From positions 496,001-560,000 of the forward strand of contig JAKMXF010000066.1 of assembly GCA_024704765.1 (NCBI GenBank): DNA of 64,000 bases, written 5' to 3'. A program made the translations under genes and the position numbers. This document shows, in pieces, positions 9,580 through 20,314 of the stretch. The first letter of the stretch is position 1, and every line of letters begins with the position of its first letter. The notes under the pieces were generated by a model. That model made no database searches. It saw only the letters and a list, made by a program, of their open reading frames with translations, and was not told the origin of the DNA. Source of the DNA: Oopsacas minuta. Its lineage: Eukaryota > Animalia > Porifera.

Positions 9580-11556
9580 ATGTCGCAAGCGGCTAAAAAT
9601 AAGGTGACCATTGGCTTTGATGGCAGTGAAGAGCTGCTGGCTAAGTGTCACATGACCGGACAGAAGGGACGACGTGTTAAACTCGACGCTACACACCTAC
9701 TTAACTTCACCACAGACACTCATAAATATCATGGACAGCATGGAGCTCCATCGAGTGCTCAAAACAGAGCTAGACGGAGTGCTGCTTATACGAGGGGCTA
9801 TACTAAGGAGCATTATCTTCTCAGTAATGCCCGATTTGTTGTGCAGCAAGGACTAGACTGTGAAGGTATGTTGCAGTACGCTAGCCTGTGTTTGTAAACT
9901 AAATAATTGATGGTGCTTTATTCAAAATATCGCTTGTTATAATTGTCCCAACACTAGAGATTACAGTCAACTCCCTTTATATCGAAGCCCAAAGGACCGT
10001 GATAATTACTTCTATATAAGCGGAGTTCGATATAACCGATGAGAATTATGTTACTTCGATATAACTGGAGTTGACTGTATTGTTGTTTGTTCTTATATAT
10101 AGGATATCTGTTTAATCCAGACCAGATGTTCCCCTGGGAGGTTATTCTACAGATCTACTTGATAACAACCTCTCTTTCCTCCTGTCCCATCTGCTTATCT
10201 CGTCCTGAAGCAGCTCGTGTTACCAAATGCGGACACACCTACTGTCTCCCTTGTATCATGCATTTCTTCTCATCAGCTGAGGGGAAATGGGAGCCTTGTC
10301 CAGTCTGTGGTGAAATTATAAAACTGTCAGACTCTAAGCCAGTAGTTATCCTCCAAAAGAGAGAATTCAAAAGAGGAGATATGGTTAACTTCGTGCAAGT
10401 ATGTCGACCTGTTGATCTTAACTATCCGCTACCTTGCTATCTAGACAGAGGAACGAGTAGAGAACTGTTGACCTGTTCAGATAAAGGAGTACAATTTGCT
10501 AAAATATTAACAGCTGATAATCAATTCAAAAAACAAACACTGATTAGAGATAGAAATGAAATGTATAGAATTCTTAAGGATAAACTATGTGATGTAACGT
10601 TTGTACAGAATGCATTGAAAATGATAAACAGTGAGTTAAGAGAATATGATAATCCTGAAATTATAGATTCAGCTACTAATGTATTCGCTGACGAGTTTGT
10701 ATGTCCAGAAGGAAGTGAGATTTTGACGGAAATCGACTCAGAAATGAGTTCTAAATACAATCAGGAAGATTGGGTATTCACGTATCAATCAGCTGATGGA
10801 CAATACATATTCTTAGACCCGTTAAATGCCGCGATGTTAAGAGAGGAGTATGGAATGCTGTGTAAGTCTCCTGATAGGATAAGAGCTCAAATACTCAATA
10901 TTACACATCATGTTGTAACTGAACAGCTACGGTCTCGGTTTAAATGGTTATCTCATTTGCCGTTAATGTGTGAATTACAGTTCTTTGAGGTTAGTTTTAA
11001 ACCTCCGCTAATATCACGCTATGTATTGGATAACTTTAGAGATACTGTTGAAAAGCGCAGAATAAACCGACAGATTAAACAGAAGCAAGAGGAAGTATCC
11101 GATAAGAAGGCAGCTGCTTACTGGAATAAGACATATCCCTCTCTCTTGGTATCAGACCCAGGAGATCAATTACCTGACTTCTCAATAGAGAACTTTACTC
11201 CTCTACCTTCTACTATCACTAATATTGTTACAGAACCTACTCAGTTATCTTCTAGCTTTGCACAAGCTCTATCACACCAACACACTCTCAGTAAAGATAT
11301 TACGAGCAATCCACATGAAAATACTCCAATTGATAGTAAACAGGACCATTCCTCTGAATCAGATGACGAATTCGCTCCTCCTATCAATCGAGAAAGTCTC
11401 AGTAACGTCATAGCTACTAAGCTAGATGCCTATCTTCTACAGAAAGATTTAGAAGGAGTACATAAATCTAAAGTACAATCTGGGCCTACTCGTAGCAAGA
11501 GGGGAAAGGGGAAGAAGATTGTTCTATTCTCTACTTCTTCAGGGAGGCCGAGCTAG
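9580..11556 (+). CDS. RNF10: RING finger protein 10 (E3 ligase; yeast Mag2 homologue), 2 exons
   Basis: Exon 1 is 9580-9865 (DATHLLNF, HYLLSNARFVV). The GT-AG intron 9866-10102 keeps phase. Exon 2 has the C3HC4 RING CPICLSRP..TKCGHTYCLPCIMHF..W..CPVC, YQSADGQYIFLDPLN and RFKWLSHLP. Confidence 0.9.
9964..10077. mobile_element. MITE family A (Tc1/mariner-pogo type, TA TSD) in RNF10 intron
   Basis: ta|cagtcaactccctttatatcgaag ... cttcgatataactggagttgactg|ta; about 24-bp TIRs. Confidence 0.9.
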
Positions 11557-11978
11557 TAATACTTTATATTAGGTCAATATAACACCTGATTTGCTATTTA
11601 GCTATAGTAGACCCAATTTATCAATAATAATAATTTCCAGCTTACTAATATATTCAATTGTGTTTAGATTATTAGCAAATATATATAAGATTATGTGTAA
11701 TTAGTGCTGATTTATACTTTTTATATTATTTCAATAATAAGATTTTGTCTCAATTTATACGAGTTATACTTTAGTAAATTAGGATTACATTGAATTGCAG
11801 TGAACCGCCACTAGCATTTCTCGGCGTCCCTGGTACCCCGTTTTCTCATACTGACATTCCGTAAGTATACTATCTCCTTGGATGTAATAGAATTCGTAAT
11901 ATATGAATACGTCATTGTAATATAAGAGTGAATCAGCTGGGTAATAGAATATAGAATATAATGTCTGATTATTCTCTC

Positions 11979-13788
11979 TCAAACTACGTTTAGTTTGGTT
12001 ACAATACACACTCTTACTGACTGATCAAACGAGGGACACACGAACAATCCTTCCTATAGAATACAGAATAGAAATGCAAAATAATTTTGTTTGTAGCACA
12101 ACTTATAAATGTTGTTTACCTTGTCATTATTCCAGTCCAATGTCGATATAGGTTGATCTGACAGATGTATATTCTGTAGAGCAGTCACACTACCCATTAC
12201 ACCTTCCTCTGTTTCATCCTCGTTCTTCTTAAACCGTTTAGGTGGATAGTTGCTACAATTTGTAATAATTCATTAGGTATTTAAGAGAGTGCTATCAATT
12301 AACTCACTATTTCCAAATGTTAACTGTCCCATTTCCGCCAGTGGTAGCGAATATATCTCTGTTCTGAGGGAGATGTTTCACGCTCCAGATTGTAGACTCA
12401 TGTGCCTAGATTAAATTGCTCATAATCACTGTAAAATTTTACTGCAAAATAACTGTACAATCAACTTCCGTTATATCGAAGCTTAGTGGACCGCGATAAA
12501 TACTTCGATATATCCGTGTTAGATATAACGTGAGTTAACTGTATTTCCTTACCTTTTCAACAAGAGATGCGAATCCTTTGGCCTCGTTAAAAGTGCGTAA
12601 ATCATAAATATGATATTTCCCCTCTAGTGTGACTGCTACTAACTTATTCTTAATAATATCTGTTCTATCGAATTGTAAGCCACAAACCTAATTCATTAAA
12701 TGAAATAAAATCAGCTATTTCTAAACGGAAATTTGTTACGTCACTCACTCCATTTTTAAGATTATTCTCCCAGAATAAACTCAAATTTCTCAAATCAAAC
12801 ATCTTAACATCTCCGTTATCATATCCAGAACACACAAACCTTTCTTCATTGTTATGAGAATTCCCTACGAACATTTGAATTTAGTTTCATGAATACATAG
12901 TAATTATAATTATATTACCCATTGCAACAGCCCAGCAATCTCTTCTAGCCTCTCCTTTAGCAGGTTCCATGCAAGCTACCGGGTTATTCTTCTGTCTTAC
13001 GTCCCACACTTTCACTGATCCTATAAACACACGTTATTAACACAGTCTATTTCCATTATATCGAACACGGATATATGGAAATACCCGCTTATACCGAAGT
13101 CAAGTCTTAAATTGTACAAATATTATCCCAAACCTTCAAAGTAACATAATTTCATTGTTTATATCCCAATAATTATCGCGATCCCTTGAGCTTCGATGTA
13201 ACGGGAGTTGACTGACACAACTGCAGTGTTTATATTGTAAGCTAATTGGTACTCAAAATTATTCTTGAAATCAACATAGGTAGTATTTATTTATAACAAA
13301 CCGTCTCTACTCCCAGTCACTATCTCAGGTGCTCCATTCCCTATTCCCACTCCACCACATCCATCAATAGCATTGATTATCCCTTCATGAGCTTTCACAC
13401 TGTATACCGGATAATCTAACCTCTCTAGATCCCATGTAGCTAGTCTTCCATCAAAGTCTCCAGTAGCTAGATGTCTCTGGTGTAGAGAGCTAGCTCCAAA
13501 TGTCCCGCACTTGAATGAAGATTTCTTCTCTGTCTAGAAATAATATAAAAACACGAATCGTGACGTAATTCACGCTTAATAAATACATTATTATTGTATA
13601 CTTACTTGTACAATTAATTTTAACTCTCCCTTATTGACTTCATATATTTGAATTGCTCCCGTGCCTCGGGGATGAGAGCCCAATACAACACACTTAGCAC
13701 TTGATGGTATCCATTTGGTATCGTAGACAGTGAAGTTTAGACTCTTGTGGATGTGTACTATTATTTGCGGCTTTTCCCAGGTGGACAT
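11979..13788 (-). CDS. WDR92: WD repeat protein 92 / dynein axonemal assembly factor 10, 8 exons
   Basis: Exons reconstructed with GT-AG ends and consistent phase: 13788-13606, 13533-13302, 13020-12919, 12864-12749, 12687-12553, 12405-12308, 12252-12120, 12053-11979. Translation runs [50 protein letters not shown]. Confidence 0.93.
12458..12541. mobile_element. MITE family A in WDR92 intron
   Basis: ta|caatcaacttccgttatatcgaag ... gatataacgtgagttaactg|ta. Confidence 0.8.
13043..13214. mobile_element. MITE family A (degenerate TSD) in WDR92 intron
   Basis: cagtctatttccattatatcgaac ... cttcgatgtaacgggagttgactg; internal sequence shared with copies at 22687 and 36503. Confidence 0.75.
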
Positions 13789-14065
13789 TTTGTAGATTTT
13801 CAATTCAAATTGCAGTTTATTTCTACAATACTTGTGTAAATATATAATCAATTAAGGGAGACTTAGATCTTCCACGATTTATGAGATATTATTTGAATTG
13901 TTAAGATCGTGTAAACAATTAAATATGTATACACAGTCGTGGAAAACACCCAACAAACTGTATACCCCCAGAGATCTCTAGAATTATTGATAGTTCAAAC
14001 TATACTAAGAAACAAAGATGCAATGGTTTGTAGGTTAAATATTGTCTGTCACATTTGAACTTAGC

Positions 14066-14830
14066 ATGGCAAGTTTAAAGAAAGTTCTTAATTATTCTCA
14101 ATTATTTGACGAATGGAGGCACAATTCAGATAGAGACATATTTGACTCGACTGTCACTCCAACTGATTCTCCTTCTTCTAATAATCCTTTCCGTGTCGGA
14201 ATGAAACTAGAAGCTGTAGATAGAAAGTTTCCAGGTCTTTTCTGTGTAGCTTCCGTTATAAGAGTTATAGATGATGAATTGCTTATATTCTTCGATGGAT
14301 GGCCACATTATTATAACTATTGGTGTCACTTTAAAAGTCCAGAGGTTAGACCGATTCATAGTTGTGAAAATTCAAAATTATCCCTACAGATTCCTAATAC
14401 AGGAGACAGAGCACGTGAATTGTGGAGAGATACAGGAGAAGGTCATGGATGGGATGTTTACCTACGTAACACCAGGGCTACTATATTACCAGATGAAAAA
14501 TTCTTTCCCCTTTACTTATCACAAACAAATGAAAATATGCTGAGCTTATTCGAGTTAACTGTACGTATCATTTTAGCAACTGATCAAATTAATATTTATA
14601 CTCTACCAGTTAAAATACAGGAACATTTAAAAGAGGCCATAATGTGCTGTATTTGTGGTACAAAGTTCTTGTTGGGATGGAGATGTGTACGTATGTTTAC
14701 CTGTCAGCGAATGCTCGATCCATCTGATAAAGCTTTTAATGAGCGAGCTAGAATTGTTTGCTCAGAAACTTGTGCAAATATTTTCACCAAAACTATTCCA
14801 CCAAATTCTGGTTCATGGAGGTGGGAGTAA
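14066..14830 (+). CDS. Single-MBT-repeat protein with C-terminal BC-box-like/Cys-rich (LRRC58-like) region
   Basis: MBT repeat FRVGMKLEAVDRKFPGLFCVASV..LIFFDGWPHYYNYWC..SPEVRP. Tail is SLFELTVRII..LP..HL..C.CG..CVR.F..VCSETC. First in-frame ATG is at 14066. Confidence 0.75.
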   Translation: MASLKKVLNYSQLFDEWRHNSDRDIFDSTVTPTDSPSSNNPFRVGMKLEAVDRKFPGLFCVASVIRVIDDELLIFFDGWPHYYNYWCHFKSPEVRPIHSCENSKLSLQIPNTGDRARELWRDTGEGHGWDVYLRNTRATILPDEKFFPLYLSQTNENMLSLFELTVRIILATDQINIYTLPVKIQEHLKEAIMCCICGTKFLLGWRCVRMFTCQRMLDPSDKAFNERARIVCSETCANIFTKTIPPNSGSWRWE

Positions 14831-15278
14831 TTGATGTATGTATCTTTCTATAGTAACTTTTGAGTCTATCTTTTATAACTATTAATTATTTATAATTATT
14901 ATTTCGATATACATAGGCCTGCCCTTACGTTGGTAGGGTGAGTGATTCAGGAATGTCTTTAGATCTATTATAGATTTTAATTTTAGAGCTAGAGGCTAAC
15001 TTTTTTCGATTATATTTGGCCTTGTATTTATTCGTCAAATCGTCCTTATTCCTGCTTGTAAATTCGAGTCAATTCGTATTTTTCTTACAATCTCGTTCTC
15101 CCGTAATGGATATGCTACGCTGAGCTGATATATATATATTCACGAGCTCGATTACAAATGCAGTCATGTCTTTAGTAATATCACACTAATAGCTAGACTA
15201 TAAAAGTATAGGCCAAGCCTTACAATAGTATTATATTAACTAATTAATTCGAAATCTCTAAATTTTCAATTATTCGAC

Positions 15279-17447
15279 ATGGTAAAGACATGTCTACGAA
15301 TATTTCTTATACTAATCCTGTTTAGTTGTTGTCGATCTTCTTTCATTCAATATAACGGGTTTCAGAATCTATTTTCTACCTCGCAACTTGAGATTCCATC
15401 CAACAAAACAAAAGAATTTCTCGAAACTGCGGATTGCTCAGTTGTGAGTAGCTTAAACATTTCCATCCATAATTTGACAAAATGTTATTTTGTCCGTAAT
15501 GCAGATGATTGTTCTATTGACGACGGATTCGTGAACTATCTCCAATTTCCTTACTGTGTCTTGCCCAACATTTATTGGTTGGCTATGGTAATCCTGTTTA
15601 TTTGGTTAGGCTATCTTTTCATTTCGCTGGGAGCTGCAGCTGAAGAGTTCTTCTGTCCTAATCTGAATACAATTGCTAATACATTACGTCTTAGTCAGAA
15701 TGTAGCTGGAGTAACATTTCTAGCATTTGGTAATGGAGCCCCTGATATATTCAGTGTTATTTCTGCAGTACGTGCTTCTCGTGATGGGGAAGCAGGTCTT
15801 GCCATGGGCGAGTTGTTCGGTGCAGGGATGTTCATAACAACAGTAATAGTCGGCGCTATTTCAATGATAAAACCATGTGAACTGCCTAAACGCCCGTTCC
15901 TCCGCGACTCAATCATCTATCTATTCTCTGTATACTGCACCTTTGTACTGCTTTGGTTCAATTTCATTGATATATACCAGTCAGCTGCTTTCATACTCGT
16001 GTATGTGGTCTACGTCATAATAGTAGTTGCAGGCAGAGAAGTTAGGATGTGGTATATTAGACGTCAGAAACGTAAGAAAAAGGCTGGACAGTTAGACATA
16101 AACTCTCCAAGTTTACATGTAAATGACGTCACAAATGAACCAACATCTGTACATAACGTAATAATAACTAAAGTAACAGATGATCAAGATAGTGAGGAGG
16201 TCAGTGTGAATAGGCTGACGTCACACACTAATAGTTACGGAGCTGTTAATGATAGCATAACAGAACCGTTACTGAAGGTAACAAGAGGTGCCCGCCGGGG
16301 TAATGATAGTGATAGAGAGGATAGCTTTCAAAGGAGCAAGAGTCCAATGCGGATGTTCCCCGGGGGCGGATTAAGACGTACACAATCTGGGGGGATTGAT
16401 ATTAGTAGAACAGCTGGTGTAGCTTTCTTAGGGAAAGACGAGCAGGAAGATGAACGGAAGAGGAGAGCTGAAAATGCTATGCCTGATGAATCTCTGCCTG
16501 TCATTGGAAGAGGGCGGAAAGCGTCACGTCGAATTAGTGATTACATGACAGATTTCAGGCGAGATGACTTGTTATCCAGCTTCAAGGAATTCTTATGGGC
16601 TATTTCGCCAGTGAATGAAGATTATAAGAAATTGAATTATTTTTGGAAAGTTTTCCAACTTATAAAATATCCTATTTGGTTACTTCTCACTATAACGATA
16701 CCAGTTGTAGACCTAGACGCTGAAAAGCAGAATTGGAAGAAATGGTTATTTGTACTGCAATCATTTCTATGGCCAACATTCTCATTACTAGCTACACAGC
16801 TTAGACACATCTGGATTAGTGATACATTCCCTCTATGGGGGGTAACATTAATATTTGGATTCTTCTTAGCTATATTCGTGATTATGTCCAGTAACTATCG
16901 CCAGCAGCCATTCTATCATATGTTATTCTCGTTTATTGGATTCGGTGTGAGTGTCATATGGATATACAGCTTGGCTAATGAGGTTGTTAATTTGTTACAA
17001 GCATTTGGTGTAGTGCTCTCGCTTACTAAGGCTATATTAGGATTGACCTTTCTCGCATGGGGTAATAGTGTAGGTGATTTCGTAGCTGATACAACTCTGG
17101 CCAGACAGGGGTTCCCTAGAACAGGACTATCTGCTTGTTATGGTGGGCCTCTGCTAAATACTTTATTAGGAATTGGATTCGCATGGACTATAAAAGGCAT
17201 AACTTCTGGAGTAACAACTTTCGAGTTGAAATTCTCTCCGTTAGAACTCGTCTCTGCAGCATTCCTTACATTCAATTTAGTTGTTACTCTAATCGTACTC
17301 ACTTTAACGGGTTACAAACTCCACTGGGTATTCGGGATATATCTTTTGTTATACTATGTCGTGTTTCTGATTGTTGGAATTCTGCTAGAAGTTGGAGTTA
17401 TTAATATTTGTCTACCCAACTTAACTCCTACAGATGGCAATTGCTGA
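15279..17447 (+). CDS. SLC8B1: Mitochondrial-type Na+/Li+/Ca2+ exchanger NCLX (CCX family), intronless
   Basis: Alpha-1 repeat AGVTFLAFGNGAPDIFS and alpha-2 repeat GLTFLAWGNSVGDFVAD..GFPRTGLSACYGGPLLN. Signal peptide plus multiple TM helices. Confidence 0.9.
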   Translation: MVKTCLRIFLILILFSCCRSSFIQYNGFQNLFSTSQLEIPSNKTKEFLETADCSVVSSLNISIHNLTKCYFVRNADDCSIDDGFVNYLQFPYCVLPNIYWLAMVILFIWLGYLFISLGAAAEEFFCPNLNTIANTLRLSQNVAGVTFLAFGNGAPDIFSVISAVRASRDGEAGLAMGELFGAGMFITTVIVGAISMIKPCELPKRPFLRDSIIYLFSVYCTFVLLWFNFIDIYQSAAFILVYVVYVIIVVAGREVRMWYIRRQKRKKKAGQLDINSPSLHVNDVTNEPTSVHNVIITKVTDDQDSEEVSVNRLTSHTNSYGAVNDSITEPLLKVTRGARRGNDSDREDSFQRSKSPMRMFPGGGLRRTQSGGIDISRTAGVAFLGKDEQEDERKRRAENAMPDESLPVIGRGRKASRRISDYMTDFRRDDLLSSFKEFLWAISPVNEDYKKLNYFWKVFQLIKYPIWLLLTITIPVVDLDAEKQNWKKWLFVLQSFLWPTFSLLATQLRHIWISDTFPLWGVTLIFGFFLAIFVIMSSNYRQQPFYHMLFSFIGFGVSVIWIYSLANEVVNLLQAFGVVLSLTKAILGLTFLAWGNSVGDFVADTTLARQGFPRTGLSACYGGPLLNTLLGIGFAWTIKGITSGVTTFELKFSPLELVSAAFLTFNLVVTLIVLTLTGYKLHWVFGIYLLLYYVVFLIVGILLEVGVINICLPNLTPTDGNC

Positions 17448-17619
17448 ATATATAAGTATACGAAACTTTTATTTGATAGCATTTTTAATATTATTTTTAC
17501 GTTTTAAGCTTGTATTTAACATGTCCCTTTTTTATTGCATTGTCAATATCTTATATTTGCTTCTATATTTTTGTAGTTAATATTTTAGCAATACTTTGTG
17601 GTTGTTTATGTAGCTGGTA

Positions 17620-17746
17620 CAGTAAACTCCTGTTATAACGAATGATTCTTTACCCCCTATAACTTAAAAATAGTAATTGATTTTACTCCGCTCACAACGA
17701 ACTGAAATCGGGGTCCCAAGCACATTGTTATAACGAGAGTTTACTG
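17620..17746. mobile_element. MITE family D (CAGTAAACTC TIR, TA TSD), intergenic
   Basis: ta|cagtaaactcctgttataacg ... gttataacgagagtttactg|ta. Confidence 0.85.
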
Positions 17747-18117
17747 TACATTCTTTACTATAAAAATCAAGCTATACGTATTAATTTACCCACTGAAGTT
17801 CTATATTGTCCCACGTGTACCCACTTCTTCGCATATACTCTGAACTATAGCTGAGATAAATATATTTATACAGAATGTGACCTGTAATGTGACTGTTGAG
17901 CAATACTAGTGGGTTTAATTTAATCTCCATACCCCTGACCTAATACTCTACAATATAATGTGTGTACTATGATACAACTGCACATGATTATTTATCACTA
18001 TAATAGTTACAAATATACATCACATGAACATTATACACACGAATTTATATGTCGAAACGTTTTGTTATATTTGCTGTTATTGAATTAAAATTGTTTACTA
18101 ACAATTAGTGTTATAAT

Positions 18118-18951
18118 ATGGCTTATAACAAGCTAATAACAATTCTACATGTGACAGACATACATGATTCATTCGATAATATCAAAGCCCTTGAATTACA
18201 ACTTAATACAGACGGAATAGCTGTTGACATTATCCTCGTGTCAGGAGATATCTCTACCATGCCAATGGGCATTAATCCCAATGATTTAGACCTGATTGCA
18301 ACATTTGAGAAATCAGTCATCAAGGTATTGACAGAGCTATTTAAAATATGCCCAAAGGTTGTATATATACCTGGAAATCATGATCCCATCAATTTCTTTA
18401 ATAAATTTGAATATCCGCTTATAAACGACAATATTATAAATTTACATAAGGACATGTTCCGTATAGCTGACGGGCTAGTAGTAGTTGGGTTTGGAGGTTC
18501 GCTCCCTGGTTACAAATCTGGTGTTATGGAATGGGATGGATTTCCACATCACCAAACAGATACCTATGAAGCTGAACTGGAACCTTTTCTAGCCCGCATT
18601 TTGTCGAATAATCCAGAAATCACAGAATATATTGCTGAGGATGACGTCATTATTTTAATGACTCATGTTGGTCCTGATGGCTTCCCAACTGCAATCGACT
18701 ACACAGAACCAAATACCCCTATTACATGTGGATCTACCAGTTTACGTAAATGTTTGCTCTCCAATGCTCAAAATAAAGTTATACTAAATATCCATGGACA
18801 TACTCATGTAGGTATAGGACATAATCTGATCGGTAAAATTACAGTTTCTAATCCAGGACCCCTTAAATCAGGGAAATATGGTTTGTATACCTTTAGCAGG
18901 TTAGAGAAGCTTTGGAAGATCACATCTATCCACTTGAATGCTATAAAATAA
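18118..18951 (+). CDS. Calcineurin-like metallophosphoesterase (Icc-related)
   Basis: All five metal motifs present: HVTDIH, VSGD, YIPGNHD, MTH, NIHGHTH. Confidence 0.85.
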   Translation: MAYNKLITILHVTDIHDSFDNIKALELQLNTDGIAVDIILVSGDISTMPMGINPNDLDLIATFEKSVIKVLTELFKICPKVVYIPGNHDPINFFNKFEYPLINDNIINLHKDMFRIADGLVVVGFGGSLPGYKSGVMEWDGFPHHQTDTYEAELEPFLARILSNNPEITEYIAEDDVIILMTHVGPDGFPTAIDYTEPNTPITCGSTSLRKCLLSNAQNKVILNIHGHTHVGIGHNLIGKITVSNPGPLKSGKYGLYTFSRLEKLWKITSIHLNAIK

Positions 18952-19349
18952 TATATTATTATTCTATTTCGATATTTCAGTAGAACCTCTCATTAGTTCG
19001 AACACAGTTAATACGAATAAATATTTACACAAAGTAGGTCCCTACAATGGGTAACTGAATACTGCCGGGAATATGTGTGATTTTATGACCTCAAAAAGGT
19101 GCTAAAATTTCGTTCTTGGTGCGGGAATTGGTTGAAACGAACTGGTAAAATTTTAGTATTCCATTTCATGACGAACGTAACACTGACCGTACGTAATCGC
19201 TTAATTAACGTTAGCGCCAGTAGCCTACCAAGGCTGGCAGCCCGCTGGTTACGTTACTGTGGAGGTTACACTGTATTCTAAAGCGTAAATTAAAATTTGA
19301 TGAACGCTTTTACCTAACATTAGCTATTGTATATTGATAATCTGAATAT

Positions 19350-19910
19350 ATGGCTACTTCTCTCAGACTATTTTCGATACAAAGTCCTCTCTACGTTATA
19401 TTATTCACTCTAGCTTGTTTCTGTATTTGGGAAGCTTTTGGATTCATAATTGTCACAAAACGTGAAACCGCTAGCATAGCCTCACAGATCATAGAAGATA
19501 ACATAATCTCACAGAGTAGCGAGAAAACCTATAGCTCTCCTGATAATTCCCCTCTTGCTGTTAGTTCATCACAATTATACTGTGTAGACGGAGATTGTAC
19601 TTGTAAATCTCTGGGCTGTTTTGAATGCTCAAAAGCTGAAATAGAAATTCCTGAATTGAAAGAATTTTGTGAGTCAGAACATTCTTTTCAGAAATTTGAA
19701 TGTGAGCGAGGAAATCTCTTGAAATATGCAAGTTGTCAAAGTGAAAATTTCTCACCTTTCAGACCAGTTGAAGAAATGAGATTCCTCAAATTTGAGGTAT
19801 TTTGTTTTATACTATCTATTATTTCCTATGTTGTCGTGTGGAAGAGAAAGAGGGTAGGAGAGAGAGTTATTGTGAAGAGAATACAGAAACTTATTGAAGA
19901 CCCAATATAA
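19350..19910 (+). CDS. JTB: Jumping translocation breakpoint protein homologue (type I membrane)
   Basis: Signal/TM start, Cys-rich ectodomain, EEMRFLKFE..TM..KRKR..KRIQK, resembling the JTB FWKFE..RQR..KVRKQI C-terminus. Confidence 0.7.
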   Translation: MATSLRLFSIQSPLYVILFTLACFCIWEAFGFIIVTKRETASIASQIIEDNIISQSSEKTYSSPDNSPLAVSSSQLYCVDGDCTCKSLGCFECSKAEIEIPELKEFCESEHSFQKFECERGNLLKYASCQSENFSPFRPVEEMRFLKFEVFCFILSIISYVVVWKRKRVGERVIVKRIQKLIEDPI

Positions 19911-20314
19911 TTTAAGAGCTCTGTCATATACATTTACCATTCATTAATGACTCAACAATTTATACTTTTATAGTTGATAAATAATTACACTGATTTGTTG
20001 TTGCAATCCAGAAACGCTCGTCTATGATTTGGCTCTTGACGTCCCCAATAAGCAATGAGGGATGATTTGTGGGCCTATTGTCTTGGTTCACTAAAAATGC
20101 AAATGCGTTAAATATATGTATATCTATTGTACCAGGGATATTGCGTATAATAACAACTTGGTTAACACTTTTATGCTATGCTATTAAGTAACGTATAACT
20201 TATTACATCAGTTTAATTCGTGTAATTTGTGATTTGTATTAATTAGAAATATCTACATAAACGATTTAATTCATTTTACTTTCTAGTTGTAATAGTTAAA
20301 CTGATATAATAATA

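Noticed and set aside
18978-19273. Possible MITE cagtagaacctct...ggaggttacactg
   Set aside because: TIR match is only about 10/13, there is no left TA, and the interior is unrelated to other copies; too weak to call.
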